Shown one piece after another: positions 14,513 through 26,908 of a stretch of DNA of 64,000 nt; the stretch's first letter is position 1, and the number at the start of each line of letters is the position of its first letter. Below the pieces are notes generated by a model that worked only from the letters and a program-made list of their open reading frames with translations, ran no database searches and was not told where the DNA came from. The position numbers and the translations under genes are program-made. This DNA comes from Octopus sinensis (Eukaryota): positions 43,152,001-43,216,000 of the forward strand of contig NC_043004.1 in NCBI RefSeq assembly GCF_006345805.1, written 5' to 3'.

Positions 14513-14710
14513 AAAGCTGGCAGAAGTATAAGCAGACGGGGCAAAATTCTTAGCGGCACTTCGTTCGTCTTCGTGCTCTAACTTCTAATTTCGCCGAGGT
14601 TGACTTCACCTTTCATCGTTTCGAGGTCGGTAAATTAAGTATCAGTTGAATACTGGGGTGAATGTAATCGACTTTTCCCTTGCCCCGAAATTGGTCTCCT
14701 TGTACCAAAA
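14513..14710 (+). mobile_element. SINE family B, diverged copy
   Basis: Matches the body of 14194-14426 (gccgaggttgacttcacctttcatc..aattaagtatcag). Confidence 0.7.
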
Positions 14711-15074
14711 CTCGTTTTTTCCTCTCGTAATAAAGAATATAGTTGTGCGTTCTATTCATATTTTGTAGTTGTTTCTTTCCCAGTTAGTTTTGTACCCTGT
14801 TTTACATATTTCTATACGTTTTCTTGTTGCACGGACAATTTGGTCTTTATGTTTCTTGTAATAGTAATATTTCTCTATCGGACTGTTTGCTACTCTCAAA
14901 TGAATGAACCCTTTAAGCGGGCTTACTATTTGATTTAGTTACCGTCTGTTAATTTAATGTCTCCTTATTATAGAAACAGCTAGATCATCAATGCTTATTC
15001 CCTGACCAAGTTTAGTAGATATGTGAATCGTAGAGTCACTTTAGTATATTATCCCATACCATGATTTTAAAATT

Positions 15075-15512
15075 CGGCAGCATTTTAACCTACAACTTTA
15101 AGACGGGCTAAGTAACACCACTAACTATTTCGCCCGGCGTGCTAACTATTCTTATTTTTTTATTGCCCAGAAGGGGCTAAACATAGAGGGGACAAACAAG
15201 TACAGACAAAGGCATTAAGTCGATTATATCGACTCCAGTGCGTAACTGGTATTTAATTTATCGACCCCGAAAGGATGAAAGGCAAAGCCGACCACGGCGG
15301 AATTTGAACTCAGAACGTAAGGGCAGACGAAATACCTATTTGTTTACTACCACCAAGGGGCTAAACATAGAGTGGACAAACAAGGACAGACATAGGTATT
15401 AAGTTGATTACATCGACCCCCGTGCGTAACTGGTACTTAATTTATCGACCCCGAAAGGATGAAAGGCAAAGTCGACCTCGGCGGAATTTGAACTCAGAAC
15501 GTTCACCGCCTT
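15075..15512 (-). mobile_element. Nested/tandem cluster of SINE family B pieces
   Basis: Two 5'-truncated units (about 15153-15335 and 15336-15501) lie between the two halves of another copy's head (..cgtgctaactattct / tcaccgcctt). Confidence 0.75.
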
Positions 15513-15632
15513 CATTTATTGTATATACGAACATCACGTTCCTGTTCGTGTCTATATTTTTCTCTCCAATTTACTAATTGCATGGTTTTGTGTGGCGTAA
15601 TTCACATTTATTTCTATATTTATCTTATCTCA

Positions 15633-16024
15633 TTTACTCGTTTCAGTCATTTGACTGCGGCCATGCTGGAGCACCGCCTTTAGCCGAGCAAATCGATCCC
15701 CGGACTTATTCTTTGTAAGCCTAACACTTCTTCTATTAGTCTCTTTTGCACAGCCACTAAGGTACGGGGACGCAAACACACCAGCATCGGTTGTCAAGCG
15801 ATGTTGGGGGACAAACTCAGATACACAAAGAAACATATACGTATATACATATATATATACAACGGGCTTCTTTCAGTTTCCGTCTACCAAATCTACTCAC
15901 AAGGCTTTGGTCGGCCCGAGGCTATAGTAGAAGACACTTGCCCAAGGTGCCACGCAGTGGGAATGAACCCGGAACAATGTGCTTGGTAAGCAAGCTACTT
16001 ACCACACAGCTACTCGTGCGCCTA
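15633..16024 (-). mobile_element. Composite tRNA-derived SINE family A (head + internal microsatellite + AAAAGAGT-type tail)
   Basis: Minus strand head taggcgcacgagtagctgtgtggtaag..ggttcattccc; shared core gtagacggaaactgaaagaagcccg; at least 10 copies in the window. Confidence 0.88.
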
Positions 16025-16854
16025 TATTTTTACGAATAATTTCTTCTTTTGAATCTTGCAATTATTTATCTCGTAAACTAGTTTAGGTTTGTAGCTTCGT
16101 ACTTGTTCCTCCTCTGCAGCTGGCAACCGCATTTCAAATGAAGATTTATAATGTCCTCATAGCAAATTTATCCGCGTTCATTCTAGTTTGGCAGTTACTG
16201 AAATATGCCTCAGGAATTACACAAGGAGACTTTCTATTATTATTTTGGGGGAATATTCCTGTTTTATACAATTCTATCTTTTAAATGTGTGTGAATCATT
16301 CGTGACATGTTCAATGTATTTGTTTCTAATTGAGCTATCTTGCTCTCAGATAAGGCCCTCAGGATAGAGTTGCGGAGAATATTGCCAAAATCATTTACTC
16401 AACAATGCATGTGATTATAAAATACATTTCTTCTTGTAAAATTTTGAGTTATTTTCTTTTCGTTGTTCAGTAGTTGATGATTAATCATTACATTAAAATT
16501 TGCAGCATATCATTATCGCTCCTGGATAAACTCTTTTTCAGATGCCAGTATGCCTTCTGCAATAATACAGCAGTTAATATTTTTCAGCCGCAAAGGCGCA
16601 GTAAATTTTAAGTTTGCTTATTTAATTTTGTGGATAAACGTTATGCCCGCAGTGGCTCAGTCAGTATTTTCACTATCTTAATGTCTTATGCATGCTTGTT
16701 AAGAATGTTAACGTAACAATTGGCTACCGTCATGTCATCGTGACACTTCGGGGTTTGCTGTGTTGTTTCTGTATGAATAGATCTCAGTATTAAATTAAGT
16801 TTTTAAATAATGGTAGCGGATTATTCAGTTCGATTCACTTTCGTAATACACGTG

Positions 16855-17293
16855 GGATCTTTTTGGTTTGAACGGCAGTTTTTTCTAGCGATGTCATATG
16901 AAATTGTCACGTATAACTATGACCCTAGTATCGATCTATTGCATTTTTATCTGTTTTGGAGTTAGGGTTAGGGTTAGGGTTATGTTTAGGGGTGGGCGGA
17001 GGGTATCTTTTTTCCTTCACAAATGTAAATAAACCCAATCTGTTTCTTAAACGAGGAACATATTCATACGACACAGAATGTTTTTTTTTTACCTCAATAC
17101 ACGTAATTGATTGGATGAAATTGCAGAAATTGAAGAAAAAAAAAACAACAAATATCTACAAACTATACAATTTTCTCAATAAAGCGAAGAGAAAAAGATG
17201 TTTTATAAACACATTCTTCCAGTATACGAAGGTTAAAATGTTTTAGTTACCTAGAAATTATGTTAAAAACAGCCGTTCAAACCGAAAAGATCC
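16855..17293. mobile_element. MITE with about 30-bp TIRs, putative 8-bp TSD and internal (TTAGGG)3
   Basis: TIRs ggatctttttggtttgaacggcagttttt / aaaaacagccgttcaaaccgaaaagatcc; flanks tacacgtg (16847-16854) and tacatgtg (17294-17301); TTAGGG x3 at 16962-16979. Confidence 0.8.
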
Positions 17294-17660
17294 TACATGT
17301 GTCCCCTTATTTATTCAAATGTGTAATTCGTCACAGATTTAGCTATTTTTACTATCTTACAGCTGTATTTGAAAGAAGAAAGCTATTTTCTTTCCTTCAT
17401 ACTCGTGCCAATTTTTTTTAACATATCACATAGTACTTACGTCATCTTCGCTATTTTCAAATTGAAAATAGTGACTCCATATCGTGCGAAACCATGTTGG
17501 ATCGTCCTACGATTTACTGCAAAAATAGGGTGGTAAATGCAGCATTTACTATTACACCTAAAGGAATCCCAGTGTGTCTCAAGTGTGTTGGAATTAAGAC
17601 TCGTAGTATGGAAATCTAAAAGTAAATCTATACTATATTCTTATTCTGTATTTCTTTCAG

Positions 17661-17733
17661 TCATTAGTGAGTGGCCATGATGGGATACCACCTTCACGAA
17701 TTTTTTTTGAACGGATTGACATGTTTAAACCTG
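17661..17733 (+). other. Candidate internal coding exon (SLVSGHDGIPPSRIFFERIDMFKP)
   Basis: Acceptor tatttctttcag, donor CTG/gtaatt, 73 nt, only one frame open. No homology recognised. Confidence 0.3.
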
Positions 17734-17828
17734 GTAATTATTGGATTTGTATATTTTTACGAATCATAACGTTGAAGAAACGTAATCACACTAACGCCGT
17801 GTGTCAAGTTGTGGTGGATACAACGAGA

Positions 17829-17871
<43 letters not shown>

Positions 17872-18284
17872 GCACACTCACACATCACGCACACGTTTCT
17901 GTCTCTATATACACACATACAACGGACTCCCTTCAGTTTCCTACTCACTGTCAAGGAATCGTTGAGGATATCACATCCACAGCCCATGTATGCGAATATT
18001 TTTGCAACAGTTGATGGAAAAAGCTATCACTAGCAATCAGAACACCCCACTTCAGTACAAAGCGTTAACTGTGACAAGGCATATAGGTCAGCAAGAAATA
18101 TATGTTGGAGGCGATATCAGCCATATCTGATTGCTTCATTTCGAGGGATTCTTTCCACCCACACTCCTCGTCACATTGTTCCCGTATTTGCCAACTTAGA
18201 AATCTGGAACAAACAAGATCCCGACCAATATAAGCAGTACACAGTCCAGCAGTAGTATGTATATGTACTGAACAGTAGTCCCAA

Positions 18285-19625
18285 TTTGGTGTGGCAGGGA
18301 TTAATCGAAACCCTCTAACTCAGTACTTAACTGGTACTTTACTTTATCTCCCGCTGGAGGATGAAAGACAAAGGTGACCTCAGTGGGATTCGAAACCAGA
18401 ATGACAAGAGTTGGAACAAATGCTGTACAGTATTTTCCCAGTGCTCTTACGATTCTTTTATGAATATGATGACGATGATAATCGTGATACAGATAATAAT
18501 AATATTAATCACATTACCGTAATATTGGTTTCCTATATATCTTAGGAACATTACCCGGTCTGTCTTGAGGATAACCACTAATGCTAACTAAATAACAACG
18601 AAACCATTCCACAATCAGGAATATGCTGAAGGATATTTATGTGCCGATATTGAAATATATCGATATTTTTCTCGCAGAAATAATTTATAACAAATTCTTA
18701 TATTAACTTACATTCGGATATCCCCTGTAAACAAACAGACGAAAATATACCGATAGCAATTCCTTTCAAATCTCCCATACAAAGTATATCAAAACTAAGC
18801 TTTGCGTGTAAGACGAGAAATGAATTTCGGTTTAGTACTTATAGGAAGGGAATACAATGTACATATATTGCATATAACTACTATAAATTTCGTTGGTTCT
18901 CGTCACATATGATGCTAATATAATTCCGAAAATAAAGTTGAAAAATGATATATGCATAGACATATGTTGACTGTGGGGTGGGATCTGTAGTTCATGCACA
19001 TTTTATACTGCTCACTACATCTAAATCACGCGCCTACGACAAAATTCAGAAACAGATTTCTGTTTATTGTAAACCGTATTTCTGAAGTATTTCTCGTATA
19101 GGAAATAATGCCGAGGAGTAAGAACCACAAGTCACATTTTCCAACATTCAGAATATGAACCACGATAATAAGGAACAACTGTACAATAATATATTGATAT
19201 CAAATTTTGCCACAAAGACAGCAATGTTGGGGATGGGTGGTACGTCACTGTCATAGACACCAGTCTTCAACTATATTTATTCTATCGACCCCTAAATGAT
19301 AAACGGCAAATGTCACCTTCGTGGAATTTGAACGTACAACGTAAAGAGAGGCAAAATGTCGCTAAGCAATTTATCCGGCGTGCTAAGCATTTTGTTAGCT
19401 CGCTACCTTGTGACAGAACTAGATATCTGTTTCAAATGTCGACAGAAGACCAACAATTCCGAAAGGGGCCATAAATCGATCATATCGACCACAACTGCTT
19501 CATGTTATGTGTTATGTTGACCCCGAAGGATGAAAGGTAGAGTCGACCTTAGGAGCATATGATCTCAGAGGGTAAAGACGGACGAAATTTTGACCACCGA
19601 TTTTTGAGAAAGGGTCGGCGGATTC
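18285..19625 (-). mobile_element. Three old SINE family B remnants (about 18285-18450, 19205-19400, 19440-19625)
   Basis: Each matches the family-B body (gaccccgaaaggatgaaaggcaaagtcgacct..gaatttgaac) with many substitutions. Confidence 0.55.
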
Positions 19626-20346
19626 CATGCACTCATCACTCATTAGTGTAATCCTCATGTTGGATCAGAGTCGCTATCATGTTTAACGAGTCTATTCCAT
19701 TGAATTACAAGTATATTCTATCTTTCGCAATGGTACAAATTTTATGAAGAGAAACATTTTAAATATATCGACATGAATATTGAATGAGGAAACAGCGATA
19801 GCTAAAAAGCAAAGTTGGGAACTTTAGACAATTCAATGCATAATGGTCGCTCAATTTCTCCAGGATATGTTGCTTAATATACAAAGCAACAGAAGTAGTT
19901 ACAAAGGAATCTTGGTATTTCCTCAAATATATTTACACGGGAATATAAGGCCCGAAGGAACACAGAACAAATTATAATAAACAGGAAAAAAACTAGAAAA
20001 TAAAGGAACTTGCCACACAATATCTGGCATATTCGCAACCATTCCTCTTGGTAAGTGAAATATGTATAAATCTTTAACTAGAACAATTCAACTCCGATTT
20101 CGATTTATTCAATAAGAAATTTACCGAAAAGTACAAATCAATGAAACTTCAACTGGAAGAAGATTAACAGAGAATAGTTGACTGTAATGAAAAGTAGGCA
20201 AACGTTTTAGAATACTAAATGCATCAATGCATCAGTATTGTAAAAATATGGGACCACGGGAAATACGATAAATGAAACATGTTGAGTACTCAAGCCTTCT
20301 TTTTTTAGAATTTATATAATCATCGAGGAAAGGGATTCATGTGGGA

Positions 20347-20557
20347 TACTCTTTTACTCTTTTACTTGTTTCAGTCATTTGACTGCGGCCATGCAGGAGC
20401 ACCGCCTTATTCTTTCTAAGCCTATCACTTATTCTATCGGTCTATTTTGCTGAAGCGCTAAGTTACGGGGACTTAAACACACCAGCATCGGTTGTCAAGC
20501 GATGTTGGGGGGACAAACACAGACACACAAACATATACACACACATACGCACACACA

Positions 20558-20655
<98 letters not shown>

Positions 20656-20765
20656 CATATATAAGACGGGCTTCTTTCGGTTTCCGTCTACCAAATCCAC
20701 TCACTAGGCTTTGATCGGCCCGAAGCTATAGTAGAAGATACTTGCCCAAAGTGCCACGCAGTGGG
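20347..20765 (-). mobile_element. SINE family A, head truncated
   Basis: Matches the family A consensus; stops at gccacgcagtgggga. Confidence 0.85.
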
Positions 20766-23421
20766 GATGTTAATTTTAATATCAATATGCCAAATGTAAT
20801 GTCTCTATAGTTCAATGGGGAGATGAAAAGAATCAATATTCAGGTCTAATACGAAAGTAATAGACATCTTTCCAAAATCTACAAAACTTTAACTTGCTAT
20901 CAACAGATTTCCAATTTTTAACTCCAGTGATATTCATTCTCTTTATGTTATTACCTTTAGCTAACAAACAAAACAGCGTAGACAACGGCAGAAATGTTGT
21001 GAGTAGTCAATGAACCGAATATTCCGGATACCCATGACTTTATTTTGCTAGGTAAACGGGGTAAGTGCCATTAAAATGTTAATTAAACATATCGTATCAT
21101 AAAATCTAGAGAACTGCGTAAATACATCAATGAAATCTTCCATGTCGATTCAGGGGCTAAATAATTTATATGAGGAATAAGAATATGGTGGTTGAAGGCC
21201 AACATTCACATTAAAATGCATAGGAATCAATACCTTTCACTGAATACAAAGCACACACAAACACGATCAGAGGAGAAAAACGTAGTGGAATGTTGTAGAT
21301 ATAACAGTTTAACACTTCTGCATTAAACGCAAAGAAAAGATGAAAAATCAATAATATAACAGTTCATGAATCAAATAATAGTGATATTCCCAAATGCATT
21401 TTAAGTAAATTAGCAAGTGTAAACAAGAAGTTTGAAATTTAGTAATTACATTCTGAATACGAAACGAAATTTTAAAATATATTAAATAATTACCACAGTT
21501 TGTTCCAGAGGATTTGTGCGGTAAGTATATAATATCGTCTAGAGATACCCAACCCAAGAATTAAAACAGATACGTACACCTTACACCAAGAAACATGTTA
21601 AGAATAAAAAGTAAAGCAAATAAATTGTTATTTAGTGAATTCCAAATATTGGGTAGCAAAATACGATACTGAAAGTTTGATAAAAACTTTACCAACGTGT
21701 TCTTCATCAGAAATGGCTTAACATTTTAGACATGGGCACTTAAAATCATAGCAATATATGTTAAACATGAGAACTATAGTATAACATATATTTTGGATTT
21801 TTCATTAACGATATTTGGCAATTTATTTCAATATTGTTATTGTTACGTTGCATGCGGCCTCCCAAAACCACCTACAAAATAACAGTATGTGTCTGATAGC
21901 TCAGAAGATCGCGTAGGCGAGATCAGCAAACCAACTTGCTTAGAGTGGAAGAAGCAGTCGTCAAAATTGTCGGGAGAGTTGAAAATAACAAACAAACCGT
22001 TGAGTATAACCAAAATGCAAGAACTTTAATTACGAGGCAAATAGCATTTGTGGAATAAATAAACAGTTCATTAGAAAGATTTTAGAGTGTTCCTTCATTT
22101 ACCACTGAAATATGTAGACTACTTTTAGTGATATCTTCTTTAATTCACCGGGCGAAAGGTTTATATTCTATTTTCTTTTATCCCTGTTTTGTTCCGAGTG
22201 GACTCCTGTTCCTTCCGAATTCACGGTCTCCTTCCGACTTCTTTACGTTGCTAATTTCACTATTTTCGCAGCCAGTTCACAACTTTCTACTGTTCATATT
22301 AACCCCCGAAACCAACTTCACACTCGACACCAAATACTATCAACTGTTCCACACGAGTTTTGCCCGGCACTACATAAAAACCCGCTCACGCCGACTTTCA
22401 GCATGAACTAACTCGCCACGTGGGCAATAGTCTTTATACTTCACTCGCATGTATAAGTGCGCCAAAATCATAACACATAAGCTTTAAATAGTCACGACCA
22501 TACAGAATAATTTTCTGCTCCTCTTCGCTTGCAAAACCAGAGGGATGGACTAATTTGCTTCGTACGAATGAGAAATTATTAGAATATATTTTTTCGTTCG
22601 TAACAATATTCTAAATTTCATCTAACCTGCAGTCCCATCGCAAGTGAATGCTTTATTCGTTATTTTTATGTATAAACTTTCAAAATGGGTGGGGAGTAAA
22701 TTCCAATTAGGGCCGCTTTACCCTACATGTGGAAAGAGGACTAAGTGCATGGGTAACTGAAAAAGCAACGAGATTGGAATTTACTTTATGTAATGCGATA
22801 TTTCACCCTGTTTATATCCCGAAAGTCGCATTTGTAAAAGCACTACATAAGTATATATGGTAGATACATTTCTAAGTGTCTCTTCATTTACTATTTCCAG
22901 GTCAGTCAGAAAGAAATCAATTATATAAATATTTTCCCAATGCAACATCTTGAGCGAAGTAGTAACCCGTATATAGGTACATGCAAAGACTTGTGCTTCG
23001 CTCTGTCTTACGAATTACTTGGGCCTTGGTTTACTCTGGGTCGTTGCTGACCTCTTGACACTGATTACTTATTTATTGCAAAATATAATTTATACGTACA
23101 TGGATGCACAGAAAAGGTGTTGGGGGTAACTCTAGTCTGTTGAAATGAATATAACAAATTTTACTTGAAGACCAATAATGGGATAATTTGCAGTGTTGAA
23201 ACTGATCAGGAGGATTTCAGCCTAATCCATTACGGAATTAATTACTGCTCAATGCCTTATCATTACAGATATCTTCAATTTATCAATATATTATATTCAG
23301 ATAATAGTTGCATGAGGGTTTCTAATATCCGCCAGTAATTTAAGGGATTTGTAGTTCGTTGGATGAGTATACATATCATATAGGTATACATATACATACA
23401 CACACACACACACACACACAC

Positions 23422-23489
<68 letters not shown>

Positions 23490-23492
<3 letters not shown>

Positions 23493-23663
23493 ACTGGAGT
23501 TTTTTTTAACGCAGGCGGCACGTAAACACACCATTTGAGGATGGTGTAGAATCTCTGCCAGATCAAGATTGGAGCCTGGTGCAGCCATCTGGTTCGCCAG
23601 TCCTCAGTCAAATCGTCCAACCCATGCTAGCATAGGAAGCGGACGTTAAATGATGATGATGAT
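23490..23663 (+). mobile_element. SINE/LINE 3' end with (GAT)n tail
   Basis: ..aacccatgctagcataggaagcggacgttaaatgatgatgatgat; a short-tandem tail typical of TPRT elements. Family not confirmed in this window. Confidence 0.45.
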
Positions 23664-23681
23664 ATATATATATATATATAT

Positions 23682-23848
23682 ACCATCCGCTTCTTTCAGT
23701 TTCTGTCTACCAAATCCACTCACAAGGCTGTGGTCGGCCCAAGGCGATAGTAGAACACATTTATCTAGGTTGTCACGCAATAGGACTGAACCTGGAACCA
23801 TGTGGTTGTGAAGGAAGCTTCTTCCAACTCAGTCACCCCCTGTGCTTA
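23682..23848 (-). mobile_element. SINE family A, head half
   Basis: cttctttcagtttctgtctaccaaatccactcacaagg..ggactgaacctggaaccatgtgg. Confidence 0.8.
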
Positions 23849-24543
23849 TATATATTAACATTGCCATAGATATACATATATATGCGTGTCGCTCTGCGTG
23901 TCAGTACCCTTCTTGTTCTGTTAACGGATGCATTTTACGTGTACATTCTTTACCTGCTTCGTCGTAAAGAGAATATTTTCATATTTATTTTAACTCAATA
24001 TGTCATCCATCACCATTACACCTAAATGTACCACATATCCCATTTGTAGAGAGGATGCAATTACCTTTACTTGAAGTTTACATGTGTTAAATAAACATGA
24101 ATAAAATGTTATACAAGCAAAGGTCTCCGGTGTGTGAAGAAACATTCATAAGCAATATTACTACGACAATATCGACGTAATTCTAAGCTTATAACAGAAA
24201 ATCATCGTTGCGTTTGGTAGTGCCAAGCTTACAAACTGTATTTCGGAGACATGTTTATTGCAGGAATAGTGTGTAAATTCTTGTCAGATACATTCGAGAA
24301 ATTTAAGGTATGAAGGAATGGAATCGGATATTGGTATTTTAGGTTCAGTAATTTTCATGATAAAAAATGTCAAAAACCAATACATTTAGGTCATGGTATT
24401 TCGAAGATACACGTTTATTACTAACGCAAGATGGCCGCTCTCTGACATGTCTCACTTCCGAAACAAGGTTTCAAACATACATATATTGCACACAGGCACA
24501 GGTGCATATGTATACGTACATATTAAATACAAACATACATTCA

Positions 24544-24620
<77 letters not shown>

Positions 24621-24870
24621 CACCTAAACACTTATTTGATAGCACATACATACATAGACAATTTAGAATAAATAGCAAGGAAGGTAAGGTGCATTACATT
24701 AGGCAAAGTTTTGCACGACTGAGATGGATATATCAGAGAATAACATATGCACCTTTTATTCTATAAGGTGGAGGGAGTGGTAAGCTGAAATAAAGATCGA
24801 TCGTTTTAAATATCTTAAGTAGAAATAGCAAAATAAATGAATGTGTAGTTAGAAACCGAGGCTCGCAGAG

Positions 24871-25018
<148 letters not shown>

Positions 25019-25899
25019 GTATATATATTGGAAGAACATGTGTAAAATAGAAATTTACGAAGAACATTTATGAAATGAATGTAAAATAGGAGAAATGAAA
25101 ATATATTAACTGTGGAAGTCATAGAAAATGACTGCTGTTGGTTTTTCTAACAATGTATGAAGTAGAAACATGGTATTTTTGTGTTTTGTTTATTTTTTTC
25201 CGAGGAAGCGCTAGAAAAAAAAACATTGTACATAACAGGCATTTTACTTAGCTTTTTCATGCACCAACACTGCATGAATATAAATGTATGATTCCACATA
25301 TAATGGTGTTGATGTTAAGCTGTTTCAGACGTTTTGACCAGTTAAACTGACCGAATAGAATTGCGATCATTGGCAATTAAAATTTGACCAGTCCATTTTG
25401 ATTAAGCTCTTGTATCTTGGATCTATACAAAGACTATGTGAAAACTAATTGTATAAGCTTTCACTTTTTTCATTGAAACAAACTGTATAAGAAAGAACCG
25501 AATGCTAAGACGAAGAAGTTAGGTAATTATCTTTCGTATTCTATAATTCTCATTACATGGTCACGCGTACTTGCCATTTCCAATTTAGAATTAACCTTTA
25601 ACTAAGAAAAGATTTGAATATGCTATTGTGGAACATATTCATAAAGAAATTGAAAATTTCGAGTGTTCCCTATCTGGAGAGGCAATATTATTTCAGGCCT
25701 CAAGAACTGTTGAAGTGAGAGTTCTTCATTGTATAAATCTATATCTCAAATGGTGTGATATAATTTTCGTTAACTCTTCTTGCTAATGATGCCAGTGTCA
25801 TGAAGTGATCAAGGGTTGTATCCCTTCAAAAATTTGATAAAGCGTAAGTGCTGATGTTTTACAACGATGTAGATTTATTATAGAAGCTGGACAATTTTC

Positions 25900-26560
25900 G
25901 CAGACGCTAGAAATTGCAGTCATCCCTCACGTCCTTTCGTTATTAGTCTTGTTTCCCCAGCACGGCAAAATGTTGGACCTTGTTTTAAATGTCCAATGTG
26001 ATTCTGTTTATCTAGTTGATGCGTGATTTATGTAAATCTCTCTTGTTTCAGTATTTTGTCTCCAAGAAAACTTACACTAGTATTCCTTGACTTAAATTAT
26101 AGCAGGGCTAACTTTTTTAGGTTCATTTCATAGTAGGACTTTTTGACTAATTTTTAACTCTATGGTTTTGAATGCGCTGCTTCAGTGTGTTTTTCTCATG
26201 ATGAATAGTCACACTAACTTTTATATTTTTGTCTCCTTGATGCTGGAGTCTTTCTAGATTTCACGGAGCAGTGGTATCTCTCCTCGTAGTCTTCGTATAT
26301 CATTCTCAATTTCCTTCTTCCATGTTGGATGATTCTTTTTCCTTTCAGTTGCACCAAGTGTGGAGTGGTTGTACATATGAACTGCTATAAATCGCTCAAG
26401 ATCAGCGACCTTTTCATTATCTTTTAGTATTTTGGTAAAATTCGCTTGCCAGTAATTTTGAATTTTCATCTTTTCTTATTTTGAAATTGACAAAGACAAA
26501 CGCACTGTTGAAATATCGTTCAACTAATAAAGTATCTTACAATCGAAGCGCGGTCTTTGT
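25900..26560 (-). pseudogene. Degenerate R4/Dong-like LINE N-terminal fragment next to (TAA)n
   Basis: HPTWKKEIENDIRRLRGEIPLLRE resembles the P.W..R.E..I..LR..I..L motif upstream of RT in R4-clade ORFs; it adjoins an (ATT)n tract at about 26572-26665. Confidence 0.45.
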
Positions 26561-26572
26561 CTTTCTCTTCAC

Positions 26573-26616
<44 letters not shown>

Positions 26617-26630
26617 TATTATTATTATTA

Positions 26631-26662
<32 letters not shown>

Positions 26663-26821
26663 TATCGTAGAATACATCGGTAGAGCTTGATGCACCCCCC
26701 CCCCCAAAAAAAACTGTTTCACCAGTTAGCACAATTAGACAGTTTCCAACATAATGGAAGAGTAGCTTTATTTGCACATTCAAAATGTTTCCTGCAAACA
26801 AATATATATATATATATATAT

Positions 26822-26908
<87 letters not shown>

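Noticed and set aside
15791-16039. Recurring ORFs such as ..RASFSFRLPNPLTRLWSARGYSRRHLPK..
   Set aside because: They are antisense translations of SINE family A; their recurrence reflects repeat copy number, not a protein family.
22130-22450. GC-richer block (also 34740-34940) resembling a promoter or TE UTR
   Set aside because: No second copy, terminal repeat or ORF homology visible, so no call can be supported.
26572-26665. Poly-Ile/Leu/Tyr and poly-Asn ORFs (also 52153-52573)
   Set aside because: These are (TAA)n/(ATT)n microsatellites.
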